A DNA stretch of 64,000 bases from an uncultured virus (IMG/VR IMGVR_UViG_3300027996_000021). Taxonomy: Duplodnaviria; Heunggongvirae; Uroviricota; Caudoviricetes. Location: IMG/VR virus record IMGVR_UViG_3300027996_000021. One strand, written 5' to 3'. Below the pieces are notes generated by a model. The model had not been told where the DNA came from. It was given only the letters and a program-made list of their open reading frames with translations, and did no database searches. The position numbers were made by a program, and so were the translations under genes. Below, piece after piece: positions 1 to 9,100 of the stretch; position 1 is the first letter of the stretch; each line of letters starts with the position of its first letter.

Positions 1-26
1 CGCTTCCAAACCATCCCTTTAGGCCC

Positions 27-32
27 TACAAT
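27..32 (+). promoter_or_regulatory. sigma70-type -10 box (TACAAT), early promoter, possibly giving a leaderless mRNA
   Basis: CCC-TACAAT-AGCCAC-ATG; same layout as CCC-TATACT-GGCCAC-AT at 238-254. Confidence 0.6.
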
Positions 33-38
33 AGCCAC

Positions 39-227
39 ATGAACAAACTTCAACGATCCGCAGACGGCATCTTCCTGACCTCTGCAAACCCTTCCCCTCT
101 GATGCAGACCGTCATGGAGAAGATCCGCCAGCAACAGCAGGCAGAAAACGCCAGACGTGAGGCGATCCGCTCAGGTAAGATTGAGGTGTGCCACTCCACG
201 AACTGGAACATCTCAGATCGCCACTGA
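39..227 (+). CDS. hypothetical early protein (62 aa)
   Basis: ORF directly after a -10 box; C-ending codon bias typical of this region. Confidence 0.65.
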   Translation: MNKLQRSADGIFLTSANPSPLMQTVMEKIRQQQQAENARREAIRSGKIEVCHSTNWNISDRH

Positions 228-240
228 TCCCTTTTGGCCC

Positions 241-246
241 TATACT
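241..246 (+). promoter_or_regulatory. sigma70-type -10 box (TATACT), early promoter
   Basis: TATACT followed by an A/C-rich leader (CATACCAAACAAACC) and ATG at 286. Confidence 0.65.
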
Positions 247-285
247 GGCCACATACCAAACAAACCAATTCAACTCAGTTTCAAA

Positions 286-612
286 ATGCGTAAGATCGAA
301 TCCCAAATGAACGCCGCCATCCATGGCAATGCCAACTGGACCAAAGCAAACACATCCGTTACGACTCAGGACGGCGTGTCTGAGGTTCGCCTTCATGGAA
401 ACCTGATCGCTAAAGTGGGCGATGATTTCGTAACCGTATTTGATGGCGGTTGGCAGTCTAATACAACCAAATCACGCCTCAATGCAATCATCAACGAATT
501 CTGCAATGCATTCACTGATGGTGTCTTTCAGAAGGATTTTCAGTGGTTCATTCGTGACAACAAGGTCACCCATGATTTCGTTGATGGTTACACCTTCTGT
601 GAGTTCGCTTAA
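286..612 (+). CDS. hypothetical early protein (108 aa, MRKIESQM...)
   Basis: ATG 286 is in frame with the 157..612 ORF and lies downstream of the promoter. Confidence 0.75.
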   Translation: MRKIESQMNAAIHGNANWTKANTSVTTQDGVSEVRLHGNLIAKVGDDFVTVFDGGWQSNTTKSRLNAIINEFCNAFTDGVFQKDFQWFIRDNKVTHDFVDGYTFCEFA

Positions 613-678
613 GTTTCACACAGTGAAGCGATTAATCAACTCTAATCGCTTCATCATTCATTCACCTTATCTAACACT

Positions 679-807
679 ATGGACGACCTACTTTCAGAAA
701 TCATGGATTCCCCAGGTGAGATCTTCGATATCCCTGAACTTCGTGAGCTAGAGGAGGAGGAGAAGTTCAACGTTGAGAACTTCATTAACTCCAACATCGA
801 CTACTAA
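679..807 (+). CDS. small acidic hypothetical protein (42 aa, MDDLLSEIMDSPGEIFDIPELRELEEEEKFNVENFINSNIDY)
   Basis: Translated by hand; fills the gap; codon usage matches neighbours. Confidence 0.7.
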   Translation: MDDLLSEIMDSPGEIFDIPELRELEEEEKFNVENFINSNIDY

Positions 808-864
808 GTAACACCAACTCAAACAACACTAAGTAACACCAACTCAAACAACACTAACTAACAA
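803..864 (+). repeat. 25-bp tandem duplication ACTAAGTAACACCAACTCAAACAAC x2 plus a partial third copy
   Basis: 803-827 is identical to 828-852; ACTAACTAACAA follows. Confidence 0.9.
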
Positions 865-868
865 TCAA

Positions 869-1054
869 ATGGCAATCTTCTCAATGTGCTCTGACATCGC
901 AACCCAATCAATCCGTTGGGTAGAGCGTAACACTCAGACAGACATTCAACCCACCTTAGGTCAACTCTTCCCCTCTGAAGCTTCATTCTTTGCAGGTGTC
1001 TGTGCTGATAAGTATCAGCAGGAAGCATTAGATAAGATCCCTACATTTGAATAA
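869..1054 (+). CDS. hypothetical protein (61 aa)
   Basis: ORF with an A/C-rich leader; last gene of the early block. Confidence 0.65.
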   Translation: MAIFSMCSDIATQSIRWVERNTQTDIQPTLGQLFPSEASFFAGVCADKYQQEALDKIPTFE

Positions 1055-1060
1055 CATAGA

Positions 1061-1085
1061 GGGGGCTACATTGCCACCTTTTTTG
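1061..1085 (+). terminator. possible intrinsic terminator
   Basis: GGGGGC-TACATT-GCCACC followed by T7; the stem is imperfect. Confidence 0.45.
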
Positions 1086-1258
1086 ACAGTTAAGGGCGGC
1101 GCGGTTGTTGTTGATTAAGGCGGCGATGGCCCCCCCCGTTATTAAAACGCCTAACTACCCTAGTCTACAAAGTGTTACCCAAGAGGGCTTTATGTTATGC
1201 CGAATACTTTTTCAAAAACCCCCACCCCATATATAATTCCAAGAATGTAAATATCGAT

Positions 1259-1438
1259 ATGAAAAAAAATTCTGGGCCAATAAAATTAAACGTAGAGGTC
1301 GATCCAGTAACTCATGAGTATATGATATTACTTCCCGAGTATCTTGTAAATGATATGGGATGGTATGACGGAACGTGCCTCTCAGCGTCTCTAGATGGCA
1401 ATGATATTGTCATTGAAACGTGTGAAACGTTAGATTGA
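1259..1438 (+). CDS. AbrB/MazE-like small DNA-binding protein (59 aa)
   Basis: ATG 1259; motif ILLPEYLVNDMGWYDGTCL fits the swapped-hairpin pattern P-x3-L-x3-GW-x-(E/D)G. Confidence 0.6.
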   Translation: MKKNSGPIKLNVEVDPVTHEYMILLPEYLVNDMGWYDGTCLSASLDGNDIVIETCETLD

Positions 1439-1463
1439 CAGACGCTATATAATACGTTAGAAT
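1435..1463 (+). promoter_or_regulatory. sigma70 promoter TTGACA-17-TAGAAT
   Basis: Consensus -35, 17-nt spacer, near-consensus -10, 23 nt before the ATG at 1487. Confidence 0.8.
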
Positions 1464-1486
1464 AACTGAGTTCATCATTTCAGATT

Positions 1487-2245
1487 ATGGCGAAAGGATT
1501 TACGATCAAGGCGAAACCACCCGCTGCGAAAACAACAACCGAAGAGTGGGATTATACGAAAGCTCGTGAGATGGTAAAAGGGAAGACGATTGTCTTTTGT
1601 CTTCCTGGGCGTGGAGTATCCTACACGTATCTAAAGAACTTCGTACAACTCTGTTTTGACTTAGTGCAGGCAGGGGCAGCGATTCAGATCAGTCAGGACT
1701 ATAGTTCCATGGTCAACTTTGCTCGATGCAAGTGTCTTGGAGCGAACGTCCTACGTGGCCCTGATCAGATTCCCTGGGACGGCAAACTAAAGTATGATTA
1801 TCAACTATGGATTGATAGTGATATTGTGTTTAGCACCGAGAAGTTTTATCAGTTGGTACTAATGGATGAGGACATTGCTTCTGGGTGGTATTGTACCGAG
1901 GATGGAAAGACATCATCAGTTGCTCATTGGTTAGAAGAGGATGACTTCAAGAACAATGGTGGAGTCATGAATCATGAGACATTGGATACGATGAAGAATC
2001 GTAAGAAACCATTCACGGTTGATTATGCAGGCTTCGGATGGATCCTCATCAAGCACGGAGTGTTTGAGAACAATGAGATAAAGTATCCATGGTTTGCACC
2101 GAAGATGCAAGTCTTTGATAGTGGTGCAGTACAGGATATGTGTGGAGAGGATGTCTCCTTCTGTTTGGATGCAAAGGAAGCAGGTTATGAGATTTGGTGT
2201 GATCCCCGTATCAGGGTTGGTCACGAAAAAACTCGCGTTATTTAA
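1487..2245 (+). CDS. GT-A fold glycosyltransferase-like protein
   Basis: WIDSD (DxD) motif, GFGWILIK, GEDVSFC and C-terminal VGHEK, typical of GT2-like proteins. Confidence 0.7.
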   Translation: MAKGFTIKAKPPAAKTTTEEWDYTKAREMVKGKTIVFCLPGRGVSYTYLKNFVQLCFDLVQAGAAIQISQDYSSMVNFARCKCLGANVLRGPDQIPWDGKLKYDYQLWIDSDIVFSTEKFYQLVLMDEDIASGWYCTEDGKTSSVAHWLEEDDFKNNGGVMNHETLDTMKNRKKPFTVDYAGFGWILIKHGVFENNEIKYPWFAPKMQVFDSGAVQDMCGEDVSFCLDAKEAGYEIWCDPRIRVGHEKTRVI

Positions 2246-2255
2246 GGAGATCGCA

Positions 2256-2444
2256 ATGGCTAGAAAGAACAAGACTTATTATTACAATGTCTACCGTGGC
2301 TCGGAGTTACTTCATGAAGAACTTACCGAGACTGAATTCATGGATCAGATGGATTTCTATGCCCATGAATATTATATGACACAGGATCCTGCATTGAATC
2401 CTGGAAATTTCCGTCACGAAATGAAGCAATTATTAGAGGAGTGA
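2256..2444 (+). CDS. hypothetical protein (62 aa, MARKNKTYYY...)
   Basis: AAGGAG Shine-Dalgarno before ATG 2256. Confidence 0.75.
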   Translation: MARKNKTYYYNVYRGSELLHEELTETEFMDQMDFYAHEYYMTQDPALNPGNFRHEMKQLLEE

Positions 2445-2451
2445 ATTAATT

Positions 2452-2604
2452 ATGGCAGTACGTTCAAAAGTCGGTATCAGCAAAGATGGCTGGATGCCTG
2501 GTAAACCCAAAAGAACTCGTCAGGGTTCTGGCAAGAACACAAAATACGCGGCGTCGTCCCGTAACTCGGCTCGTAAGATGTATAGGGGTCAAGGTAAAGG
2601 ATGA
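2452..2604 (+). CDS. small very basic protein (50 aa, MAVRSKVG...KPKRTRQGSGKNTKYAASSRNSARKMYRGQGKG)
   Basis: Translated by hand; GAGGAG upstream; ATGA overlap with the next ORF. Confidence 0.75.
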   Translation: MAVRSKVGISKDGWMPGKPKRTRQGSGKNTKYAASSRNSARKMYRGQGKG

Positions 2605-2696
2605 CTAAATCATCCTATAGATGGGTACATAAGGGCGGGAAGTCTCGTCCTGATAAGCGTTTTAAAGCAAGCGCCGCACCTAAGAAGAAGAAATGA
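2601..2696 (+). CDS. small basic peptide (31 aa, MTKSSYRWVHKGGKSRPDKRFKASAAPKKKK)
   Basis: ATGA overlaps at both ends (2601-2604 and 2693-2696), indicating translational coupling. Confidence 0.65.
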   Translation: MTKSSYRWVHKGGKSRPDKRFKASAAPKKKK

Positions 2697-3238
2697 AACT
2701 TTTTACATATGATGCACCTTGTATTATCCACAAATTTTCAAGGCATGATGAATTAAGAGATATCATTTTAAGATGTATTGAAGACGATGCTCCAAATTTT
2801 CAGTATCGTCTCAAAAACAATTCATCTGATATTCAAACTGACTATGGTTCAACTTATGGATCATCAAGTTATTGGGAAATATTAGAAGGCCCTTTATATG
2901 ATTATATGGCCGAAATCTGTGATTTTATGGGATATGACCATGCAGAAATAGATTCGATTTGGTATCAGCAATATTATTATGGTGGCAAACATGGATGGCA
3001 CGTTCATCAATCTTGCACATTCACTTCTGTTTATTACGTTGAATATCCAGATGGATCGCCACCGACTGAGTTTATGAATCTAATGACAAAAGAATTGATT
3101 CAAATTGATTCTATTGAAGAGGGTGATATTTTAACCTTCCCAAGTTATATTGTTCATCGAGCCTCAGAAAATAAGAGTGATCATCGAAAGACAATTTTAT
3201 CTTGGCATAATAATGTTAGATATTCAGTTATTCAATAA
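2693..3238 (+). CDS. 2OG-Fe(II) oxygenase superfamily protein
   Basis: HGWHVH...SVYYV...EGDILTFPSYIVH...RKTILS; double-stranded beta-helix motif set. Confidence 0.8.
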   Translation: MKLFTYDAPCIIHKFSRHDELRDIILRCIEDDAPNFQYRLKNNSSDIQTDYGSTYGSSSYWEILEGPLYDYMAEICDFMGYDHAEIDSIWYQQYYYGGKHGWHVHQSCTFTSVYYVEYPDGSPPTEFMNLMTKELIQIDSIEEGDILTFPSYIVHRASENKSDHRKTILSWHNNVRYSVIQ

Positions 3239-3251
3239 TAGTTAAATATTA

Positions 3252-3848
3252 ATGGAACCTAAAGAAGAATGGGATCAAATACATCCACAAGATCTTTGGG
3301 TCTATAACAAGTTAATTTTAAATCAACATCTAAGGCATCTCTGTGGACCTACAGGGGTGCCTGTTCCATTTTCTGGGGATTATATCGTTCGACCTAGTAT
3401 GAACCTTTTAGGGATGGGTCGCTTTTCTCGTATAGAAACCATACAAGAGTCAACTGATCACTTTCATCCTGCAGAATTTTGGTGTGAGATCTTTAAAGGC
3501 CAACATATGAGTGTGGATTACCATCACAAAAAGTCAGAATTAGTCGTTCTTGGTGAAAGAGATTCATCGGATCCTCTTTACAAGTGGAAAAAATGGACTA
3601 AGATTGATGAAAAAATAAATTTCCCTTCAATTTTAGATAATTTGGTTGGTGAATACGAGTGGATTAATTGTGAATTCATCGGTGATCATCTAATTGAGGT
3701 ACATTTTCGCCAAAATCCAGACTTCAGGTATGGTAATTCCGTTGCAATACCTGTTTGGGAGGGTGAAAAAGTTGAAAAAAATGAAAATTTAGTTTTTATT
3801 GATGATCCAGATTATCTAAGAAAGGGATTTTATCTGGATTGCCTATAA
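3252..3848 (+). CDS. conserved phage protein, possibly ATP-grasp-like
   Basis: YIVRP-x2-NLLGMG, FWCE-x-F-x-G-x-H-x-SVDY and INCEFIG...IEVHFR resemble ATP-grasp motifs. Confidence 0.5.
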   Translation: MEPKEEWDQIHPQDLWVYNKLILNQHLRHLCGPTGVPVPFSGDYIVRPSMNLLGMGRFSRIETIQESTDHFHPAEFWCEIFKGQHMSVDYHHKKSELVVLGERDSSDPLYKWKKWTKIDEKINFPSILDNLVGEYEWINCEFIGDHLIEVHFRQNPDFRYGNSVAIPVWEGEKVEKNENLVFIDDPDYLRKGFYLDCL

Positions 3849-3851
3849 ATA
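3844..3851 (+). promoter_or_regulatory. T4-type late promoter TATAAATA
   Basis: Exact T4 gp55 consensus 21 nt before gp25. Confidence 0.8.
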
Positions 3852-3872
3852 CATAAAGTTCATGGTCGGTTA

Positions 3873-4274
3873 ATGGCAGTCAAGAGAGTTTCAAAGGCAT
3901 TTAAGGACATATCCTTGTCTTTTGAGCCTCACCCTGTTACAAAAGATCTTCCAATTTTAAAAAATGAGAGGGCGATTCAGAGAGCTGTTCGCAATTTAGT
4001 AGAAACACACTTCACTGAGAGATTTTTTGAACCAGAATTAGGTTCTCCAGTTGGTGATTTGCTTTTTGAGTTTGTAGATTATGGTTCTTCGGGTCAAATT
4101 CAGGAGCAAATAAGAACAGTAATCGAACAATTTGAACCCAGAGTTGATAATATTGAAATTGTAGTAAGGCCAATGCCTGATTTGAATGAATTTGAGTGTG
4201 TGATTGCATACGATATTATCGGATCACCAGCTCCTGCACAAGAATTTACGTTCATCTTAGAGGCAACAAGATAA
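3873..4274 (+). CDS. gp25: baseplate wedge subunit gp25
   Basis: FKDISLSF...ERFFEPELGS...FEPRV GPW/gp25 motifs; synteny. Confidence 0.92.
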   Translation: MAVKRVSKAFKDISLSFEPHPVTKDLPILKNERAIQRAVRNLVETHFTERFFEPELGSPVGDLLFEFVDYGSSGQIQEQIRTVIEQFEPRVDNIEIVVRPMPDLNEFECVIAYDIIGSPAPAQEFTFILEATR

Positions 4275-6184
4275 TGCCATTCACAAAGTATACAAATTTA
4301 GACTTTGATCAGATTAAGGATCAAATTAAAGACTATTTGAGAGCAAATTCGGACTTTACTGACTTTGATTTTGAAGGATCAAACTTTTCTGTCCTAATTG
4401 ATACTCTTGCATATAATACTTACATCACTGCCTTCAATACAAACATGGCGGTGAACGAATCTTTCATAGATTCCGCGACTTTAAGAGAGAATGTCGTCTC
4501 ACTTGCGCGAAATATTGGATATGTTCCGCGTTCTAAAACTTCATCCAAGGCAAAAGTATCGTTTCAGGTAAAATTTAACGGAGAAAGTTCAACAGTTACG
4601 CTAAAAGCGGGATTAGTTTGCGTAGGAACGACAAAAAATAGTAGTTTTGTATTCTCAATACCAGAAGATATTACTGCAGTTGCAACTCTTGACGACCCTA
4701 CAAACGGATTGATTGGTAATAGAACCGCTACATTCAGTAATATTGACATTTATCAGGGATCTTACGCAACTAAGAAGTTTAATGTCGATACTTCGTTGGA
4801 TCAAAGATTTATCATTGAAAATTCCTTTGTTGATACCGCAACATTAATTGTAAAAGTAAAAGGCCCTGGTGATACGGGATCTGGAAACGAATATATTAAA
4901 GCTGAAGGACTTGTTAATGTAAATGCCAACTCTGAAATTTATTTTGTTCAGGAAGTGAAAGATGAAAAATATGAACTTCTATTTGGTGATGGAATTTTAG
5001 GCAAAAAATTAGAGACTGGTGGTCAAATTATATCATCATATATCATTACTGATGGTATTGAGGGTAATGACGTAACTAACTTTAGTTTTTCTGGTGTATT
5101 AAGAGGATCTACGGATCAAACAATTTCCCCAATCGGATCTATCACTGTTACAACCAATTCTAAGGCACAGGGAGGCACCGAGATTGAGTCTTTACAGTCC
5201 GTTAAGTACTTTGCACCCAAAACATATTCATCGCAGTACAGGGCGGTTACGGCTAGTGATTACGAGTCCATAGTTAAGTTAATATATCCAGATGCAGAAT
5301 CAGTTTCTGTTGTTGGTGGTGAAGAGTTAGATCCCCCAAGATTTGGTGAAGTTCAGATCAGCATCAAACCGAAGAATGATTATTTCATATCAGACTTTAA
5401 CAAACAATCTATTTTAAATCGCCTGAAGAGTTACTCTCTAGCTGGCATCAAACAAACAATTGTAGACATTGAAGTTCTTTCAATTGAACTTGATACTTTT
5501 ATCTATTATAACAGCAGTAAAGTATCAAGTGTTAATGAACTAAAATCTAATGTTTCTTCAACACTCTCAGCTTTTTCAGAGTCTGAAGATCTGAATAATT
5601 TTGGTGGTAGATTTAAGTATAGTAAATTGCTCAAAATTATTGATGATACAAGTTCATCTATTACATCAAACATAACAAAGGTGAGGATTAGAAGGGATAT
5701 GAAGTCCCAACTGAATCGACCAGCACAATATGAACTATGCTTTGGTAACAAGTTTCATATAACACCATCAGGAAAAAATATTAAATCTACAGGATTTAAT
5801 ATTAGTGGAATTTCTGGAAAAGTTTATATGACAGATACTCCAAATGATGATATGAAAACTGGTATTATTTCATTCATTCAAATTGATACAAATGGTAATC
5901 CAGTTACAGTGGTCCAAAATGCTGGAATTGTTGATTATATTATTGGTGAAGTGAAACTCTTCACAATTAACGTTACTAATACAGATCTGCCATCTGGAAT
6001 AGTAGAAGTTCAGGCCTTCCCAGAAAGTAATGATGTCATTGGGTTGACAAACCTTTTCGTGGAATTATCCATCGCCAAAAGCACCATAAATATGTTGAAG
6101 GACACTATTAGTTCTGGTGAGCAGGTTTCGGGAATCGGATTCCCAGTCACTTCAAGTTATTCAAACGGAAATCTAACTAGGTAA
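4274..6184 (+). CDS. gp6: baseplate wedge subunit gp6
   Basis: Start MPFTKYTNLDFDQIK at 4274; DFDFEGSN, LAYNT, SATLRENVVSLA and RAVTASDY motifs. Confidence 0.93.
   Translation: MPFTKYTNLDFDQIKDQIKDYLRANSDFTDFDFEGSNFSVLIDTLAYNTYITAFNTNMAVNESFIDSATLRENVVSLARNIGYVPRSKTSSKAKVSFQVKFNGESSTVTLKAGLVCVGTTKNSSFVFSIPEDITAVATLDDPTNGLIGNRTATFSNIDIYQGSYATKKFNVDTSLDQRFIIENSFVDTATLIVKVKGPGDTGSGNEYIKAEGLVNVNANSEIYFVQEVKDEKYELLFGDGILGKKLETGGQIISSYIITDGIEGNDVTNFSFSGVLRGSTDQTISPIGSITVTTNSKAQGGTEIESLQSVKYFAPKTYSSQYRAVTASDYESIVKLIYPDAESVSVVGGEELDPPRFGEVQISIKPKNDYFISDFNKQSILNRLKSYSLAGIKQTIVDIEVLSIELDTFIYYNSSKVSSVNELKSNVSSTLSAFSESEDLNNFGGRFKYSKLLKIIDDTSSSITSNITKVRIRRDMKSQLNRPAQYELCFGNKFHITPSGKNIKSTGFNISGISGKVYMTDTPNDDMKTGIISFIQIDTNGNPVTVVQNAGIVDYIIGEVKLFTINVTNTDLPSGIVEVQAFPESNDVIGLTNLFVELSIAKSTINMLKDTISSGEQVSGIGFPVTSSYSNGNLTR
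6086..6092 (+). promoter_or_regulatory. late promoter ATAAATA within the gp6 3' end
   Basis: About 95 nt upstream of gp7. Confidence 0.5.
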
Positions 6185-6185
6185 A

Positions 6186-9100
6186 ATGATAGAGCCAGGA
6201 ATTGATAAGAGAGTAAAAGTAAGTCAAATCATTCAGGGTCAATTGCCATCTTATGTGGCAATTGAAAATCCAAAGTCTATAGATTTTTTAAAGCAGTATT
6301 ATCTTTCACAAGATTCTCAGGGACTCCCTGCAGATATCATTGATAATCTGGATCAATATTTAAAGTTTGATAGTTTGACACCAGAAGTTGTTAGTGGAAC
6401 AACTACTCTAACTGCAGATGTATCTGACGATGATTCTATATTTAATGTAGAATCTACAAAGGGATATCCAAACACTAATGGATTATTTAAAGTTGGTGAT
6501 GAAATCATCTACTATACTGGAAGCACCTCAAATTCTTTTACTGGATGTGTTCGTGGATTTAGTGGCATAACTGATTATTCTTCGGGTGAAGTTGTATTCA
6601 ATAAAACATCAGCTGAATCCCATAGCTCTGGGGATACTGTATCCAACCTTAATGTCCTTTTCCTTAGAGAATTTTTTAAGAGTTTAAAGGTTCTTTTTGC
6701 TCCTGGATTTGAAGACGAAAGTTTTAATTCTGATCTAAACGTAAATAATTTTGTAAAAAACCTAAGATCATTCTATCAGTCTAAAGGAACTAATGAGTCC
6801 TTTAACATTTTAATGTCATGCCTATTTGGCGAAAATGCAACTGTTAGAAATAATTCAGAGTCTTTATTTTCTTCATCAGAGTCTGAATTTAGAAGAAGAT
6901 TATTCCTAGTTGCCGAAAAAGTTTCTGGAGGAGATCCACTTTTACTATCTGGTCAGACATTATCCCAAGATAATAATTCAAATAGTTTAGTCATAAATGG
7001 AGCTTCTGCACCAATTTCTGAGGTTGAATATACTAATAGAGATGGAAAAGATTATTACAATATCTACCTATTCCAAAAATACTTAGATCCTTCTCCTGGA
7101 TTTGAGGGTGAATTTTCAATCACACCATCTACTAGATGTATTGGTGAAGTTTCAATTGGTGATAATGTAATTTCTGTAGACACCACCATTGGATTCCCTA
7201 AAAGTGGATTGTTGGTATCTGGAAATAATGTTATTACGTATACAGATAAAACTATTAACCAGTTTTTAAATTGTTCTGGTATTGAAAGGACTATTCTATC
7301 TGGTGATGATGTTAGGACAAATGATGTAATTTATGGATACACAAGAGGTGATAATGAAAAGGTAGAACTTCGTTTGACAGGAACGATTTCAAACTTTGAG
7401 CCAATTGCTGGTGAGAGGATTGCCAATACAAATTTGGGTGATGATTTTAGAACAAAATCAATTGGTAGAAAAATTATAAATCCAGATGAAAATAAGACGG
7501 TAATCGAAAATACTTTCAATTCATGGAAATATAATACAGCATCCAGAATACAAATCAGTAGTTTTGCTGGATCAGTTTTTGTATTGGGTATTGATATTGA
7601 TAAAGCATATCTTCGCAATGGTGATGTTGTTGAAGTTGTGCAGAGGGGTACAAATATTGTTCCAGTAAGTGAAGCCACAGTATCAATAACTGGTGATAAT
7701 GAAGTAGTTCTATCTGGAACTGGTATTAGTGATCTTAATACTGGCATCAGTTATGATATTAGAAGAAAACTTAAAAAAGCAAGTAGTTCTGGAATTGAAC
7801 TTCAATATGGTAATGATAAAATTACTTCAAATATTCTGAATACGTATATTACTAAGGATAGTAGTGAAATATTTGTAGCATCAAATTCACTTCCAGATTA
7901 TGAGATAAGTCTCGATACAATTAAAAGAACAATACCAGTAGCTTCTGTTGATTCTGGATCTATTCAGGATTTAAACAGTTATGGAACTTATAATATTCTA
8001 TCCTTTTCAGATACTGTTCCATTCATAACTGGAGATGAAATTGTTTACATCGCAGGGACAGCAGAAACTCCAATAAGTGGTCTTGAATTTGGTAGAAATT
8101 ATTTCGTCGAAGTTTTAAGTCCTGCAAATAAGATTAGATTATACGTTGCAAGATCATTCATTCAAGTATCCCAAAATATCAAAATAAATGAACCCATAGA
8201 TGAGGATACTGGAAGTCATAGTTTTATCGCTGCTTCACAATACAATAAAAAGATAAGAGGACAAAAATTACTCAAAAAATTTAGCCTAGAAAGATCATTT
8301 GACACTGGTAGTGAAATTAATACAATTCCCGGCCCAACGGGAATGTTAATTAATGGTGTCGAAGTTGTTAATTATAAAGTCGAAGATAAAATTTATTATG
8401 GTCCACTAGAAGAAATCACTCTTTTCAATGGTGGGGGTGGTTATGATGTTGTAAATCCACCAAAACTTAATATTACTGGTTCCAGTTCAACAACTGGAAC
8501 TAATGCTATAACTAACCTAGCGGTTACTGGTGTACTAAAAGACGTTTTAATTGATCCACAAGATTTCAATATTAATAAGATCAATAGTATTTCTATTGTT
8601 GGTGGAAATGGAACTGGTGCTGAAGTTGAACCAATTGTTATTGATTATTTCAGACAAGTTGGTTTTAATGGAAAATATACTGAATCTGGTGGTGGAGTTT
8701 CCATTTATGAAGACACAATTGAAACTATTAACAATCACAATTTTAAAGATGGTGAACCAATAGTCTATAGTTCAAATGGAAACCCATCAATTCCAATTAC
8801 TGGATTTGGACAAACTACCCTTACGGGCAATTTCTTAGAGACTGGTGGTGTTTACTATGCTGAAGTTATAGATTCACTTACCTTTAGGTTATATGAAACT
8901 GTTTCAGATTTCAATGGAGGAATCAATACTGTAGGATTCAGTACTGGATCAACTTCTGGTGGAAAACACATCTTTACATTACAAGAGTCCACCAAAAAAT
9001 TAACAGGAGTTAATGTACTAAATCCTGGATCTGGTTATTCAAATAGAGAAGTAGCTATTAAAACCACTGGAGTTTCAACGGTAACTAATTCTTTAGAATT

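Noticed and set aside
803..864. CRISPR-like mini-array
   Set aside because: The copies are directly adjacent with no spacers, and no cas genes are present
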